Of a stretch of DNA of 64,000 nucleotides, positions 1 through 54,823 are shown piece after piece. The DNA is from Octopus vulgaris (Eukaryota), in assembly GCA_951406725.2 (NCBI GenBank), contig OX597836.1, positions 46,500,001-46,564,000 on the forward strand. The letters run 5' to 3'. Position 1 is the first letter of the stretch. Each line of letters begins with the position of its first letter. The notes below the pieces were generated by a model. The model had not been told where the DNA came from and did not search any database. It saw only the letters and a list, made by a program, of their open reading frames with translations. The position numbers and the translations under genes are program-made.

Positions 1-217
1 TTCAACAAACTGCAGAACAAGACAATAAAAACAAAAAACTAAAAACATAAACACTGGAATGGTAATTGTTTTGAATCTGCTGAATTAATTTCTTCAGTTA
101 CAGAGAAAAAATACCCAAAGACCACCATCATTGCTTCCAAATAAGTTAATTTGTGCCATTATGGAATTTTTCCTTGATTAGATTATTATTTTATATACAG
201 TTTTGTGTGCGTGTGCA

Positions 218-640
<423 letters not shown>

Positions 641-1288
641 CATACACCTTATGTACCCCAAAATATCAGTGTGTTAGAATCAGTTTTCAAAACAGATTCT
701 GTTTTCTTTAAGATTTATTTTTAAAAAATATTTCTCATTTTTTCAAACAGCTTTGAAAAAAAAATATCAATGAAATTTTTTTTTTCGAGAAGATATTGTG
801 CTTAGTGTACATTTGATGCGACTATATTTGATGCGTATATACATAAATAAGGGGGTGTATATACATAAATATAGGGTGTAATTTCAAAGCTAGTATCAGT
901 TTGTTAACACTGACTCAATGTTGATGGTTGTTGTGACTTTTGTTCAGCATGAAACAGGGAGAAAGAACACTATGGGTGGGTTCTATAAAAATACACCGTA
1001 CAGTCTTATGGGAATGGTATCACACTTGTAATGGGTTGAAATTTTCAGCCAAGGTCTGTCGATATATAACAATTCTTCTTAACATTCACTGGTTATAACT
1101 AATGAAACAACCAAAGCTATATAACTAAAAATATATAACTGTGTATACATATATGTATGTATATTCAATGTATGTATATATTGTGCAGCAATGAATGTAC
1201 CAGGTTTTTACTCATCTAAAGACAGACCCCCAAAGTCAGCAGTTGAAGTGAAAGAGTACAGCCCCTACAATATGTGTATGTGTTTGTG

Positions 1289-1324
<36 letters not shown>

Positions 1325-1483
1325 TGTATATATACATAAACACATGAATATATAATACATATGTATATACAAGTATGTATATGTGTATATACATACACAC
1401 GTGGTATATATATATATACTCACGTACACATGACTATATGCATGTATATATGTATAGGTATATACATGTATAAATACTATCAT

Positions 1484-1524
<41 letters not shown>

Positions 1525-2008
1525 CATACATGCATATATCTATTTATATACGCCTGTATATATATATGTACCTGTATACATATTTATATATATCTATGCA
1601 TATGTGTGAGTGTGTGTATATAGATACATATACATGAGTATGTGCGTAAATAAATTATATTTTGTTTTATTGTAGCTATCACAGCTAAGGCCATGCGGGA
1701 GCACTTTTCATAAACGTGTGTGTGTTTATGTGTAGCCACACTTATACACACACAAATGTATATATGTGAACCTGTATTAATGTATTTAAGGTATTGATAA
1801 AATGTCAGAAAATTTTCGGCCGGAATTAAAAAATGGACGTAGGTTCAATTCTACCCTGGGATGCTCATTTCTCTTCGATTTGTTTTTTTTTTTGCTCTTC
1901 ATTTTATATGTCTGTGTGTGTGTGTGTCTCTCTATGTATATATATATTGACATATACATACATACATATATATATATATATGCATGTATTCACATATACA
2001 TATATACA

Positions 2009-2055
<47 letters not shown>

Positions 2056-2248
2056 GCATGTATTCACATATATGAGTGACAACAGATCTTTTTGGAGGTA
2101 TATTATTGAAAATAAATTAAATTTTGGAAGTTGTGTAATGAAAGAAGAGGAAATATTTCAACGAATCAACAGGTTTGGAGTTTTTCCTCTTTCAAATGCA
2201 AGTTCAGTCCTGAACAGGGTTGACTTTTGGAATATTCCTGTCTACCAT

Positions 2249-41241
<38,993 letters not shown>

Positions 41242-41724
41242 TGTGTCTTGTCTAGTTGTTGTTGTTGTTGTCGTTGTCGTTGTTGTTGTTGTTTGGGGGT
41301 AGTCCAGTACAATGTTGGTTCCTTCTGTAATTAAACTAATTAATGTCAGCAGAATGGGGAAGGATGGTCAGTGTTGTTGTTGTTTTAAAATGTCCCTGAG
41401 TAAAAGTTGTAATTAATATTGTTGTTGTTGTTGTTGTTGTGAAAGTCACCCCCCCTCTCATGATGGCGATGGTAGGGGGTGATATGTAGTTATTTTAAAA
41501 GCTCCTTGCTTTCTCTGATTTATCATTATTGTAGTTTTAAAGGTCTGTATTCTTGTTGTCGTTATTGCTATTGTCGTTGTTGCTGCCTCTGCCTTTTATT
41601 ATTTTTCCTTCACTAATTATTTCTCTAATTGGTTTTTCCCTGCCAATTAATCCCTGACACTGAATTATGCAAGTTATATCAGAGTAAGTATACAACAGTC
41701 TGTATCTGTGTGAATATACTGGTG

Positions 41725-41762
<38 letters not shown>

Positions 41763-42126
41763 CTATATAATATCTATACACATGTGTATATATTTTAGTG
41801 TGTGCATGTATGCTTATTTATGTAAAAGTGTATGCTTGTCCATTGTTATATATATCTGTATGTGGTGATGTAATAACTGTATGTACAATCATATGTACGC
41901 CCTTGTTATGTCAGTTTGTGTTATAACTGTACACTCAATGATAAGTATATAGATGTGTATATATATGTGTGTGTATATATCTATAAATTCTTGTAGTAAA
42001 GTTTCCACATGTAATACTTTTCCTTCTGTTGGAATTTACTCCAATTCAATTCTGCTTCTTTTTCTCTTTCTTCAATTTCTTTTTGGTGGTTTATAATTAT
42101 TATTATTATGATTATTATTATTATTA

Positions 42127-42167
<41 letters not shown>

Positions 42168-43165
42168 GTTGTTGTTGTTGCTGTTGTTGTTATTTGTTAT
42201 TATTGTCTTATCTATATACATTTAACTTAGATCTTCTCTTTGTGCTGGAATATAAGAAATAATTCTTCTCTCTTTCCAAATTAACCATTCAGCAGGCATG
42301 ACTTGTGTGAGTGCGGGCATGTGTATGTGTGAGTGTGTGTGTGTGTGTGTGTCAACACGTGTTTTTTTTTTTGTATGCGTCACTCTGGGTGAATGTGACT
42401 ATATATATATATATATGTATGTATGTATATATGTCTTTGTGTGTGTGTGAGAGAGAAAGAGAATGAAGAATGTCACTCTCTCAGTACTACAAAGTGGTAA
42501 GATGGTTCCGGTGAATTTTAAACTCTGCCACACCACTTAGCAATGGCAACTGTTTTGTTTTTTTTATATTTTTAATCTCCTTCATTGTGGCTATCTCACG
42601 TCCATTAAACATCCTTGTGGAAATGCATAAACTCCACCACACCACACCACTTTCTTTTAACTCCTTATTCACCCGAGCGGTACTCATTCATTCCACTGTA
42701 CTCCACATCAGTTGTACTCCTTCGCAATGTTAGCATCCCTAGGGAGAGGCATGAAGGCCTCCAACTTGCTTCTTTTTTTTTCCTTCTTTTTCTTACTCCC
42801 ATCTACAACTGTTGCTGTGAGTCTAGTGAAATAATGCAGCGACAATGATCATCCTTAGATTAGTGATTCTAGCCGTTGACACAGAGAGAGACGAACAGAC
42901 AATCGGGACTGGACCAGATGATAATGAAGAAAGTGAAGTGCTCAGTGTGTGTGTGTATGCATGCGTGTGTGTGCGTGTGTGTGTGTGTGCGTGTACGTGC
43001 ACTTGTATAGAGAGAGAGAGGGAGGGAGAGACAGAAAACGAGATGTTCAGGTGAGTCTGGGCAATGTTTGCCAGTCACACTTCATACATTGACTAAAGAA
43101 CTCACAATTTCTCTCTTCATTTCCCAACACAAACAACAATGCCTGGATGTGTGTATGTATATATG

Positions 43166-43222
<57 letters not shown>

Positions 43223-43297
43223 AGACTACTTAATGCTTCTGCCTCCCTTTCCCTTCTCACTCATTTAGTTCCTTCTTCCACAGAACCCACCACCACA

Positions 43298-43430
<133 letters not shown>

Positions 43431-43814
43431 TCCACTTCCAGGTCTAACCTCAAATTACACACCAATTTCCTCTTCACTCTCTCCTTGTCTTTCTACCTCT
43501 CCCTCTTTCTCTCTCTCACTCTCTCCTTTCTTTCTCTCTCTCACTCCTTTTCTTCGTCTTCAACTTCTTTGCCTCAACTCCAATATTGTAGTTGCCGAAA
43601 CAGTGAACTACATGTTGCTGTACAGTGTGGTGGATGTGGTGGTAGTGGTGGTGGTGGTGGTGTAACGTAGTGGTGGCGGTGTGGTATAATTTAGTGGCGA
43701 TGGTGGTGGAGTATGGTAGTGGTGGTGGTGGTGGTGTAACGTAGTGGTGGCTGTGGCGGTAGGGTATCGTTTGATGGTGGTAGTGCTGGTGGAGTAGCAG
43801 AGTAGTGGTGGTGG

Positions 43815-44240
43815 AGTAGTGTAGTGGCAGTGGTGATGGTGAGGAATTATAGTAACAGTGGCAATGCAGTGGTTGTATAGTGCAGCTATAGTGGCAATGC
43901 CGTGATTGTATAGTGCAGCTGTCTGGTGGTAGTAGAGTGGTGGCGTGATAGTGAAACGATGTAGTGTAGTGGTGGTAGTGGTGATGGTGATGAATTATAG
44001 TAACAGTGGCAATGCAGTGGTTGTATAGTGCAGCTATAGTGGCAATGCAGTGATTGTATAGTGCAGCTGTCTGGTGGTGGTAGAGTGGTGGCGTGATAGT
44101 GAAACGATGTAGTGTAGTGGTGGTAGTGGTGATGGTGATGAATTATAGTAACAGTGGCAATGCAGTGATTGTATAGTGCAGCTGTCTGGTGGTGGTAGAG
44201 TGGTGGCGTGAAAGTGAAACGATGCAGTGTTGCAGTGGTA
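43815..44240. repeat. Minisatellite, 148-bp period, about 3 copies, with a 32-bp internal subrepeat
   Basis: gaattatagtaacagtggcaatgcagtg recurs at 43844, 43992, 44140. Confidence 0.85.
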
Positions 44241-44643
44241 GTGGTGAGGTGCAGTTGTAGCCAGTGGCACTACAGAGTATATAGAGAGAGACACAGCCCA
44301 GGAAGGGGGGGGGTTCCAGTAGCTCCCCCCCCCCAACCCCCCACTGTCTCCCCCCCTCCTTCAGCAACAACAACAATAAACAAACAGGAAACGGAATCTC
44401 AATCTGCTTCCTGTTTGTTATCACTTATTGCCCTCTTCCTTCTTTTCTTGACGACAACAATTATTAAATTCTATAACCATCCACTACTACTACTACTACT
44501 GCTGTTATAGTGGTGTATGATGACCCTTACTGTACTGCACTTTATGTATATAAACACTCACACACACACACACACACATATACATATGTATGTACCTATG
44601 TATATTATATGTATATATATATATATATGTTATATGTATATTG

Positions 44644-44678
<35 letters not shown>

Positions 44679-44687
44679 TATATGTAT

Positions 44688-44805
<118 letters not shown>

Positions 44806-44975
44806 TTATATATATATATGTTATATGTATATTATATATATGCTATATGTATATTGTTATATATATATATATATTATATTTATATATATATATATGTTAT
44901 ATGTATATTATATATATGCTATATGTATATTGTATATATATATATATATTATATTTATATATATATTATATGTAT

Positions 44976-45017
<42 letters not shown>

Positions 45018-45097
45018 TTATATATTTATATATATATATATATATGTAATATGTATATTATATATATGTTATATGTATACTGTATATATATATGTTA

Positions 45098-45137
<40 letters not shown>

Positions 45138-45825
45138 CATACATATATGTATATACATATACATACATATATATATATATATATGAGTGGCTGTGTGGTA
45201 AGTAGCTTGCTTACCAACCACATGGTTCTGGATTCAGTCCCACTGCGTGGCACCTTGGGCAAGTGTCTTCTGCTATAGCCTCGGGCTGACTAAAGCCTTG
45301 TGAATGGATTTGGTAGACGGAAACTGAAAGAAGCCCGTCGTATATATGTACATATATGTGTATGTGTGTGTATGTGTTTGTGTATCTGTGTTTGTCCCCA
45401 CAACATCACTTGACAACCAATGGTGGTGTGTTTATGTGCCCGTAACTTAGTAGTTTGGCAAAAACGGACCAATAGAATGATTACAAGCTTACAAAGAATA
45501 AGTCCTGGGGTCGATTTGCTTGACTAAAAGTGGTGCTCCAGCATGGCCACAGTCAAATGACTGAAACAAGTAAGAGAGTATGTTATACATATTAATATAT
45601 ATCATTCTTTTACTTGTTTCATTCATTTGACTGTGGCCATGCTGGAGCACCACCTTTAGTCAAACACATCAACCCTAGAACTTGTTCTTTGAAAGCCTAG
45701 TACTTATTCTATTGGTCTCTATTGCCAAACCACTCAGTTACAGGGACATAAACACACCAGCATTGGTTGTCAAGTGATGGTGGGGAGACGAACACAGACA
45801 CACCAACATATACATATATATACAC

Positions 45826-45872
<47 letters not shown>

Positions 45873-46345
45873 TCATCATCATCATCATCATCGTCATATA
45901 AATGTATATTATAAATATGCCTGTGCGTGTGTGTGTATGCGTGTGTGCATATATCCTCATCATCATCATCATCGTTTAACGTCCGTTCTCCATGCTAGCA
46001 TGGGTTGGACGGGGATCTGGGAAGCCAGAAGGCTGCACCAGGCTCCAGTCTGATCTGGCAGTGTTTCTACAGCTGGATGCCCTTCCTAACGCCAACCACT
46101 CCGTGAGTGTAGTGGGTGCTTTTTACGTGCCACCTGCACAGGTGCCAGGCGAGGCTGGCAACGGCCACGGTCGGATAGGTGTATTTTACGTGCCATCGGC
46201 ACGGAAGCCAGTGGAGGCGGCACTGGCATCGGCCACGAGTCGGATAGTGCTTTTTACGTACCACCAGACCAATACATATATATATATGTTCATATATATA
46301 TATATACATATATACACATATATATATATATATATACATATATAT

Positions 46346-46422
<77 letters not shown>

Positions 46423-46623
46423 GATACACACACACACGAATACAAACATATACACATACATACATAGAAAAATACACAGTATTTCAGTAAGGGGCATCTA
46501 GCAGAAGCGGCATAAGATATGTAAATGTATATGTGTGCCTCTGTGTGTGTGTGTGCGTGTGTGTGTGTGTGCATGTGTGAATATGTCTATCTATCTATCT
46601 TTATATTATATATACAGACATAT

Positions 46624-46658
<35 letters not shown>

Positions 46659-47962
46659 CATATCAATACAGACACTAACACACACATATATATATGCACA
46701 CATATGCATATACACACATGTGTATATATGCATGTAGACACACACACATACATGCATAAATATGCACACACACACAACGGAGCTCCTGTCTACCGAGCCA
46801 GCTTCACCTGCTGCCCAGGAACAGCCAGAGACACGTGTCATGCATGTCGCGTGATGTTATGCAGTTGATCGCAGCAATACGCAAATTTTGTTTGCACTCT
46901 TCTGGATTACGCGAAGATTTGCTTCCCCTCGTGAAGCTATGCAGAGACTGCATCTACATAAATCTGGATATAGGTATGTCTGTCTGTGTTTGCACATAAA
47001 TAAGTGTGCGTGTGTGTGTTTGTATATATATATATGATGATGATGATGATACATATATATATATATTAGAATATATATATATATATATTATACATATATG
47101 TATATACATATCTATATATATCTATATATATATATATATAGACATGTATATACATATATATGTATACATATATATTATACATATATATATGTATATCCAT
47201 ATATATATATATATGTATATACATATATATGTATATATATATTATACATATATATGCGTGCTCACACACACATGTGCATGTGTGTGAATGCATGTACACA
47301 TACATATATATGTATACATACATATATATATATACACACAAACATAAACATATACATACATATATATATATACATACACATACATATATATATATACATA
47401 CACACATATATACATACATACATATATACATATATATATACAAACACACACACACATGCACACACAAACGCATATATATAAGTATAATAGATACAATAGA
47501 AAAGGGTTCAAATCAGGTGGACTACAATTAACACATACTTATACAGTTTTAATTAGGATAAAATAAGAATTGTCCAATCTGAAACATCTATCGATATATT
47601 AGAAATACAAAAAATATTGGGTCACATGGTAGAAGAAACGTGTCACCTAAAACTCTTTTTAATGCCCATAACTTCTATATTATATTTTGAATTTTTTAAA
47701 AAAATTTTTTTCTATATTTCATTATTTCTATCTATATGCTATTATTATTATGTTTACAAATCTATATATCTATATTTTTAGTATTCATATATTTTTGTAT
47801 TGCTATATTTTTATATTAATACATTTATTCATGCATATATACATATATCTACATCTATATATATATATGCATACATACATATATATGTATACATATATAC
47901 ATACATACATACGTACATTTATATATGCATACATATATATATTCATATATACATACACACAC

Positions 47963-48001
<39 letters not shown>

Positions 48002-48043
48002 TACATACATATATATGCATATGCATATACACACACACACACA

Positions 48044-48095
<52 letters not shown>

Positions 48096-48502
48096 TACAT
48101 ACATATATACATAAATATAAAGTAACAAAGTGAGGATAGGAAATCCTTCAAAGCGGTGTGTTAAACATCCAATTCACTGGTCCTTCAGTTGGATACCATA
48201 TAAATATTGGCATAATTCAATAATAAAGGTAAATTAAATATAGAGATATTCTATTGACGTTCAACAATTTATTTATATTGCAATATTGCATAAAATACTA
48301 TAAATATAATATATAACATAACATAACAGAATATCATATAAATAATCATAAAATCTGTAGAAGTTCAGCTAATTGTTTTGGCTTATATATATATATGTTT
48401 TCTGAGGTACATAAACACAGTTCAATTATATCTAAGCCACACACAAACACACACACATACATATATATATGCATACACACACATATGTATATACATACAC
48501 AC

Positions 48503-48537
<35 letters not shown>

Positions 48538-48560
48538 CATACATGTATACATACATACAT

Positions 48561-48608
<48 letters not shown>

Positions 48609-49263
48609 TCATGTATATATACATAATACACACACACATACATATATATATATATTCTTTTATTTGTTTCAGTCATTTGACTGTGGCCATGCTGGAGCAC
48701 CACCTTTACTCCAAGAAATCGAGTGCAGAACTTATTCTTTGTAAGCCTAGTACTTATTGCATCAGTCTCTTTTGCCAAACTGCTAAGTTACAGGGACGTA
48801 AACACACCAGCATCGGTTGTCAAGCAATGGTGGGGGCACAAACACAGACACACAAACGTACAGACACACACATACGCACACACACATATATACAATGGGC
48901 TTCTTTCAGTTTCCGTCTAAAAATCCACTCACAAGGCTTTGGTCAGCCCAAGGCTATAGTAAAAGACACTCGCCCAAGGTGACTCGCAGTGGGATTGAGC
49001 TCAGAACCATGTGGTTGGTAAGGAAGCTACATACCACACAGCCATGCATTCTTTTATTCTTTCACTTGTTTCAATCACTTGTCTATGACCATGCTGGAGC
49101 AATGCTTTTCGTCAAACAAACTGATTCCAGGACTTATTCTTTATAAGCCTAGTACTTATTCTATTGCTTTCTTTTGCTAAACCGCTAGGTCATGGGGATG
49201 TAGACACATCAACATTGGTTGTCAAGTGATGGTGGAGGGACAAACACAGTCCCTCAAATACAA

Positions 49264-49319
<56 letters not shown>

Positions 49320-49792
49320 TCCTCATCATCATCATCGTTTAACATCCGCTTTCCATGCTAGCATGGGTCGGACGGTTCAACTGGGGACTGGGAAGCCAGA
49401 AGGCTGCACCAGGCCCAGTCTGATCTGGCAGTGTTCCTACAGCTGGATGCTCTTCCTAACACCAACCACTCCATGAGTGTAGTGGGTGCTTTTTACGTGC
49501 CACCGGCACGGAGACTAGACGAAGCTGGCAAATGTTTACGAATCGGATGGTGCTTACACACATATACACGTATACATATATATATATATGTATGTATATA
49601 TATACATGTATGTATGTATGTATATAAATTAAGCAGAAAACTGTTGTTTATCCTTGTTATTGCCTGTATCCTATGAGCATAATATACTTAAATATTTTTG
49701 TCCAGGGTTAACATGGGTAATTCATATGACTAGTAAAATGGATATTCGTATCCATTAGATGGCTATTCCAACCACTAACTCTAATAACCTTA

Positions 49793-49860
<68 letters not shown>

Positions 49861-51560
49861 TCTCTCTCTCTTTCGGAGAGGCACTGGGCAGCTATATGCA
49901 CACATACACACACGGCAGTAACTTCCACCTACTGAATTCAATCACAAAGCTCCGGTCGGCTCGGGGCTATAGTGGAAGACACCTACCCAAAGTGCCATGC
50001 AGTGGGACTGAACCCGAAACCATGTAGCTAGGAAGCAAGCTCCCTAACCACACATGATGGGCTTCCTTTAGTTTCCGTCTACCAAATCCACTCACAAGGT
50101 TTTGGTCAGTCCGAGGCTATAGTAGAATACACTTCTCCAAGGTGCCACACAGTGGGACTGAACCTGAAACCATGTAGTTGGGTAGCAAGCTTCTAACCGC
50201 ACAGCCACTCTTATACATATATATATATAATGTATGTACAAATGCACATGTGTTTTTGAATTTAGACATACATGTCTCCTATTAAATACATTTGTACATT
50301 TGTATATAAATGCATATATACGCAAGAGCATCCAGCTGTAGAAACACTGCCAGATCAGACTGGGCCCGGTGCAGCCTTCTGGCTTCCCAGACCCCAGTTG
50401 AACCGTCCAACCCATGCTAGCATGGAAAGCGGACGTTAAACGATGATGATGATGATGATGATATTATATATATATATATATATATATATAATGACTTTTT
50501 AATCATCTCATAATAATGAATTTTATGACTCTTAGTACTATGGACTCTTAGTCCATCTAAATGTATATATTTGTCGTTACCTTTCATAAAAAGCCTTCTC
50601 TTTTTTTATTTACAATGTGCATTTTCGTTGGTTTTTCTTATTTTCTCCTTACATTTCCACGTGTATTTTATATTTTCTTTTTGTAACATATTTCTACTAT
50701 ATATATATATATATATGTTTAGTTTTGGAAACACAAGATCTCATCTAACAGAGTGAATAAATTTCATATGACAAATGTATTGAAGTTGTTTGCAGTATGG
50801 GCCCCTAGTGTATGAATAAGGGCTCTTTTGAAATAGGGGACAACTTATGCCACCTAAGTAACCTAATTAACAGTGGTGGTGGTGGTGGTGGTATTGTTGG
50901 TAATGGTATTTGTCTGGTGGTGGGTCATTCTCCATGCACAGGGATCTTGGTAATAATTTGGTGGAGGGGTGATGTTTGGAAGCTGGCACTTCCTGTAAAT
51001 ACAAAAGGCTTTTTGTGTTACTGAAGGGGAGAATGTGTAATGCTTACGTGTGCTGCTGCATATGGTAGGAAATGATAAGTGTTGCATGTGTAAAAGCTTG
51101 AAAAGAAAGTGGTGCGGGAGAAGACTGTACTACTCTTTTACTCTTTTACTTGTTTCAGTCATTTGACTGCGGCCATGCTGGAGCACCGCCTTTAGTCGAG
51201 CAAATCGACCCCGGGACTTATTCTTTGTAAGCCCAGTGCTTATTCTATCGGTCTCTTTTGCCGAACCGCTAATTGACGGGGACGTAAACACACCAGCATC
51301 GGTTGTCAAGCAATGCTAGGTGAACAAACACAGACACACAAACACACACACACACACATACATATACATATATATATATATATATATATACATATATACG
51401 ACAGGCTTCTTTCAGTTTCCGTCTACCAAATCCACTCACAAGGCATTGGTCGGCCCGAGGCTATAGCAGAAGACACTTGCCCAAGATGCCACGCAGTGGG
51501 ACTGAACCCGGAACCATGTGGTTGGTTAGCAAGCTACTTACCACACAGCCACTCAATGCG

Positions 51561-52045
<485 letters not shown>

Positions 52046-52065
52046 ATTATAAATATATATATATA

Positions 52066-52462
52066 GGGTTAATCCAAACAAGAAAACACAAAAAAACACA
52101 ACAACGTGAGGACATGGAACAAATATAGTATTATTGGACACTCAGGGAAGAAGGGAAGAAGGAGGGTTTAACGTTTCGAGTGGAGCTCTTCGTCGGAAAC
52201 ATAGGAGAAGGAAAGATCCAGAGAAGGCAAGACAGAGGAAAAAAAATTGCCAACGGTACACACGCGGTCACGGAGAATTCACAAAAAAGAACAAAAGACA
52301 AAGACAGGTGGTGTAGGCAACAAACAGATGTATTAGTTTAATGCTCAGGAAATGAAAAAGTCTTTAACGTTTCGAGCCTACGCTCTTCCACAGAAAGGAA
52401 CACAGAAAGAAACAAGGAGAGAAAATAAAGAATGAGTTGTGGCAAGCGATCTATCATGGCAA
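52066..52462 (-). mobile_element. Head-to-tail pair of two related roughly 200-nt minimal-hammerhead elements
   Basis: First unit matches 11763-11960, 36950-37122, 59495-59670; second unit matches 18147-18330 and 28458-28620; motifs at 52166-52200 and 52362-52397. Confidence 0.65.
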
Positions 52463-52914
52463 ATGGATATATATATCATCATCATCATCATCATTACTAT
52501 CATCTAAGGTCTATTTTCTCTTCTGACATGGGTTGGAAAGTATGACAGAATGTGATTGTGTCACAGGGTCTACCGTCAGCTTTGGTATGGTTTCTATGGA
52601 TCGATATCCTTCCTAACACCAACCACTTTACAGAGTGTGCAGGGTGCTTTTTTTCATGTCCCCAGCACTAATGGGGTCACCATGTAACTTGTAAGACAGG
52701 AAAGGACAAGCAAAGAGGAAAAGGGAGAAGAGAAACGCCCCCTTAATTAAGTGGGGAAGTTTCTGAGAAGGTGGAGAGGAGATTTTATACAAGGGAGAAG
52801 TAGAGGTATCATGGCATGGAAAAGATAAACAGCTGTCCTACATTTACATAATTGTGCTATGGAGAACCTGGGGAAAAAGGCAGTAGTGATGGATAGCCAG
52901 AGCAAAATGGGCCT

Positions 52915-53489
52915 TGTATGCAGAGATAACCAGCCCACTTATGCGTACCTTTCCTTCATTGGACACTAAACTCTGCTTGTGAAGACCTGTTGAGGCAAGT
53001 GAAATCGAAATCGAATTCATTGACTGGCATCTGTGCTAGTGGAGCACTAAGAGCACCATCCAAGCATGATCGTTGCCAGAGCAAGCTGGCCTCCATGCCG
53101 GTGGCACGTAAAATGTACCATTTGAGCGTGATCGTTACCTGCTTTGCCTTGTTGGTACTGGTGCTGGTGGCATGAAAAAAAACATTCGAGCAAGGTCATT
53201 GCCAGTGCCATTGGACAGGCTCCTGTGTAGGTGGCACATAAAAAACACCATTTGGGCATGGCTATTGCAAGTACTGCCTGACTGGCCCTCGTGCCGGTGG
53301 CACGTAAAAAGCACCCACTACACTCTCGGAGTGGTTGGCGTTAGAAAGGGTATCCAGCTGTAGAAATTCTTACCAGATCAGATTGGAGCCTGGTGCAGCC
53401 ATCTGGTTTGCCAGACCTCAGTCAAATTGTGTAACCCATGCTGGCATGGAAAGCGGACTTTAAACGATGATGATGATGATGATGATGAT
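52915..53489 (+). mobile_element. (GAT)n-tailed retroposon (RTE-type 3' region) with roughly 65-bp internal subrepeats
   Basis: tgccggtggcacgtaaaaagcacc subrepeats, ...ccatgctggcatggaaagcggac..aaacgatgatgat tail. Copies at 13757-14110(-), 34020-34448(+), 35770-36190(+), 45958-46265(-), 49323-49555(-). Confidence 0.75.
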
Positions 53490-53491
53490 TA

Positions 53492-53790
53492 GGATGAATG
53501 AAGCAGTGAGTGTTAAGGAAAGAATCAATACAAGAAATACTGAGTGATGAACTGGGTTTAAGAGGAATTATATGTTGTATTTGAGAAGGAAGACTGCATT
53601 GGTATGGACATGTGACACATATATGGATGAGAACAATTATTTATAGTGTTGTTTGCTTAATGTGGCGGGAGCTTATGGAAGAGGAAGACCCAAGAGGATG
53701 AAGTGGTGAAGGCTGAACCTCAGGATCCCATACCTGATGGATGAGATAACAGAGGACTGGGTCTCTGGTGATATGAGGCTCTTGATAAGA
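53492..53790 (+). mobile_element. RTE LINE C-terminal fragment
   Basis: Decayed RLHWYGHV...GRGRP motif; a similar GPRKTWDEAV relic is at 29090-29180. Confidence 0.6.
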
Positions 53791-54037
53791 TTTGCTGTTC
53801 CCAGTGAAACTGAGTGCTGGAAATGCTGTTTTGGATTCTCCCTCCATCACAAGTGATTCCCCTCTACCTCATGCATTAAGCCTGCCTCTTCTCCTTCTTC
53901 CTGGTTTCTACAGGCTACTCAACCATGTCATCTCTTTCTCTGACAGCTGTATCATCTTTACAACTTCTGCTTCTGCCCCCCCCCCGTATCTCTTCTGCGT
54001 CCCTGCCTTCCCCAGCTCATAGTTATTGTTTCATCTG

Positions 54038-54420
54038 TGGAGGCGCAATGGCCCAGTGGTTAGGGCAGCGGACTCGCGGTCGTAGGATCGCAGTTTCGAT
54101 TCCCAGACCGGGCGTTGTGAGTGTTTATTGAGCGAAAACACCTAAAAAGCTCCACGAGGCTCCGGCAGGGGGTGGTGGTGATCCCTGCTTCAGTCTTTCA
54201 CCACAACTTTCTCTCACTCTTACTTCCTGTTTCTGTTGTACCTGTATTTCAAAGGGCTGGCCTTGTCACTCTCTGTGTCACACTGAATATCCCCAAGAAC
54301 TACGTTAAGGGTACACGTGTCTGTGGAGTGCTCAGCCACTTACATGTTAATTTCATGAGCAGGCTGTTCCTTTGATCGGATCAACCGGAACCTTCGTCGT
54401 CGTAACCGACGGAGTGCGTC
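54038..54420 (+). mobile_element. tRNA-headed SINE family C
   Basis: GGAGGCGCAATGGCCCAGTGGTTAGG A-box, GTTTCGATTCC B-box; related heads at 27733-28035(+) and 4935-5226(-). Confidence 0.75.
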
Positions 54421-54823
54421 CATTCCATTGTTTCATCTACCTTCAGTGTTACCTATTTTGGCAGTCTGCCTCACAACCTCCTCATTCTCCTTTCCATACG
54501 ATCTTACAAACCCCCCACCCATCCACATCTACTCAGCTTGTGCCTCGTGGAGCCCACCTATTATCTATTTCTTGCAGTTCTAACTAATAATTTTTCTTTC
54601 TCTCCCACTTTCCCCAACAAGATGTGAGTAACCATGCAGATATCTCTACAGGAACCTGCACTTCCTCCTCCCCCAAATAGTAACCCCCCCTGTTCCCTAG
54701 CATGAAACTGGCCCCTTACTACCTCCCCTACGGTTCATAGTCCTATATGCTTCATGGTAACCTCAATAGTGCTGGTGGCATGAAAAACACCCAGTCCACA
54801 CTGTAAAGTGGTTGGTATTAGAA

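Noticed and set aside
43045-43056. Strong plus-strand donor CAG|GTGAGT suggesting a divergent transcript
   Set aside because: No credible ORF or downstream plus-strand exon found; an isolated motif can occur by chance
43815-44240. CRISPR-like array
   Set aside because: Eukaryotic context; units repeat in full with no unique spacers and no cas genes
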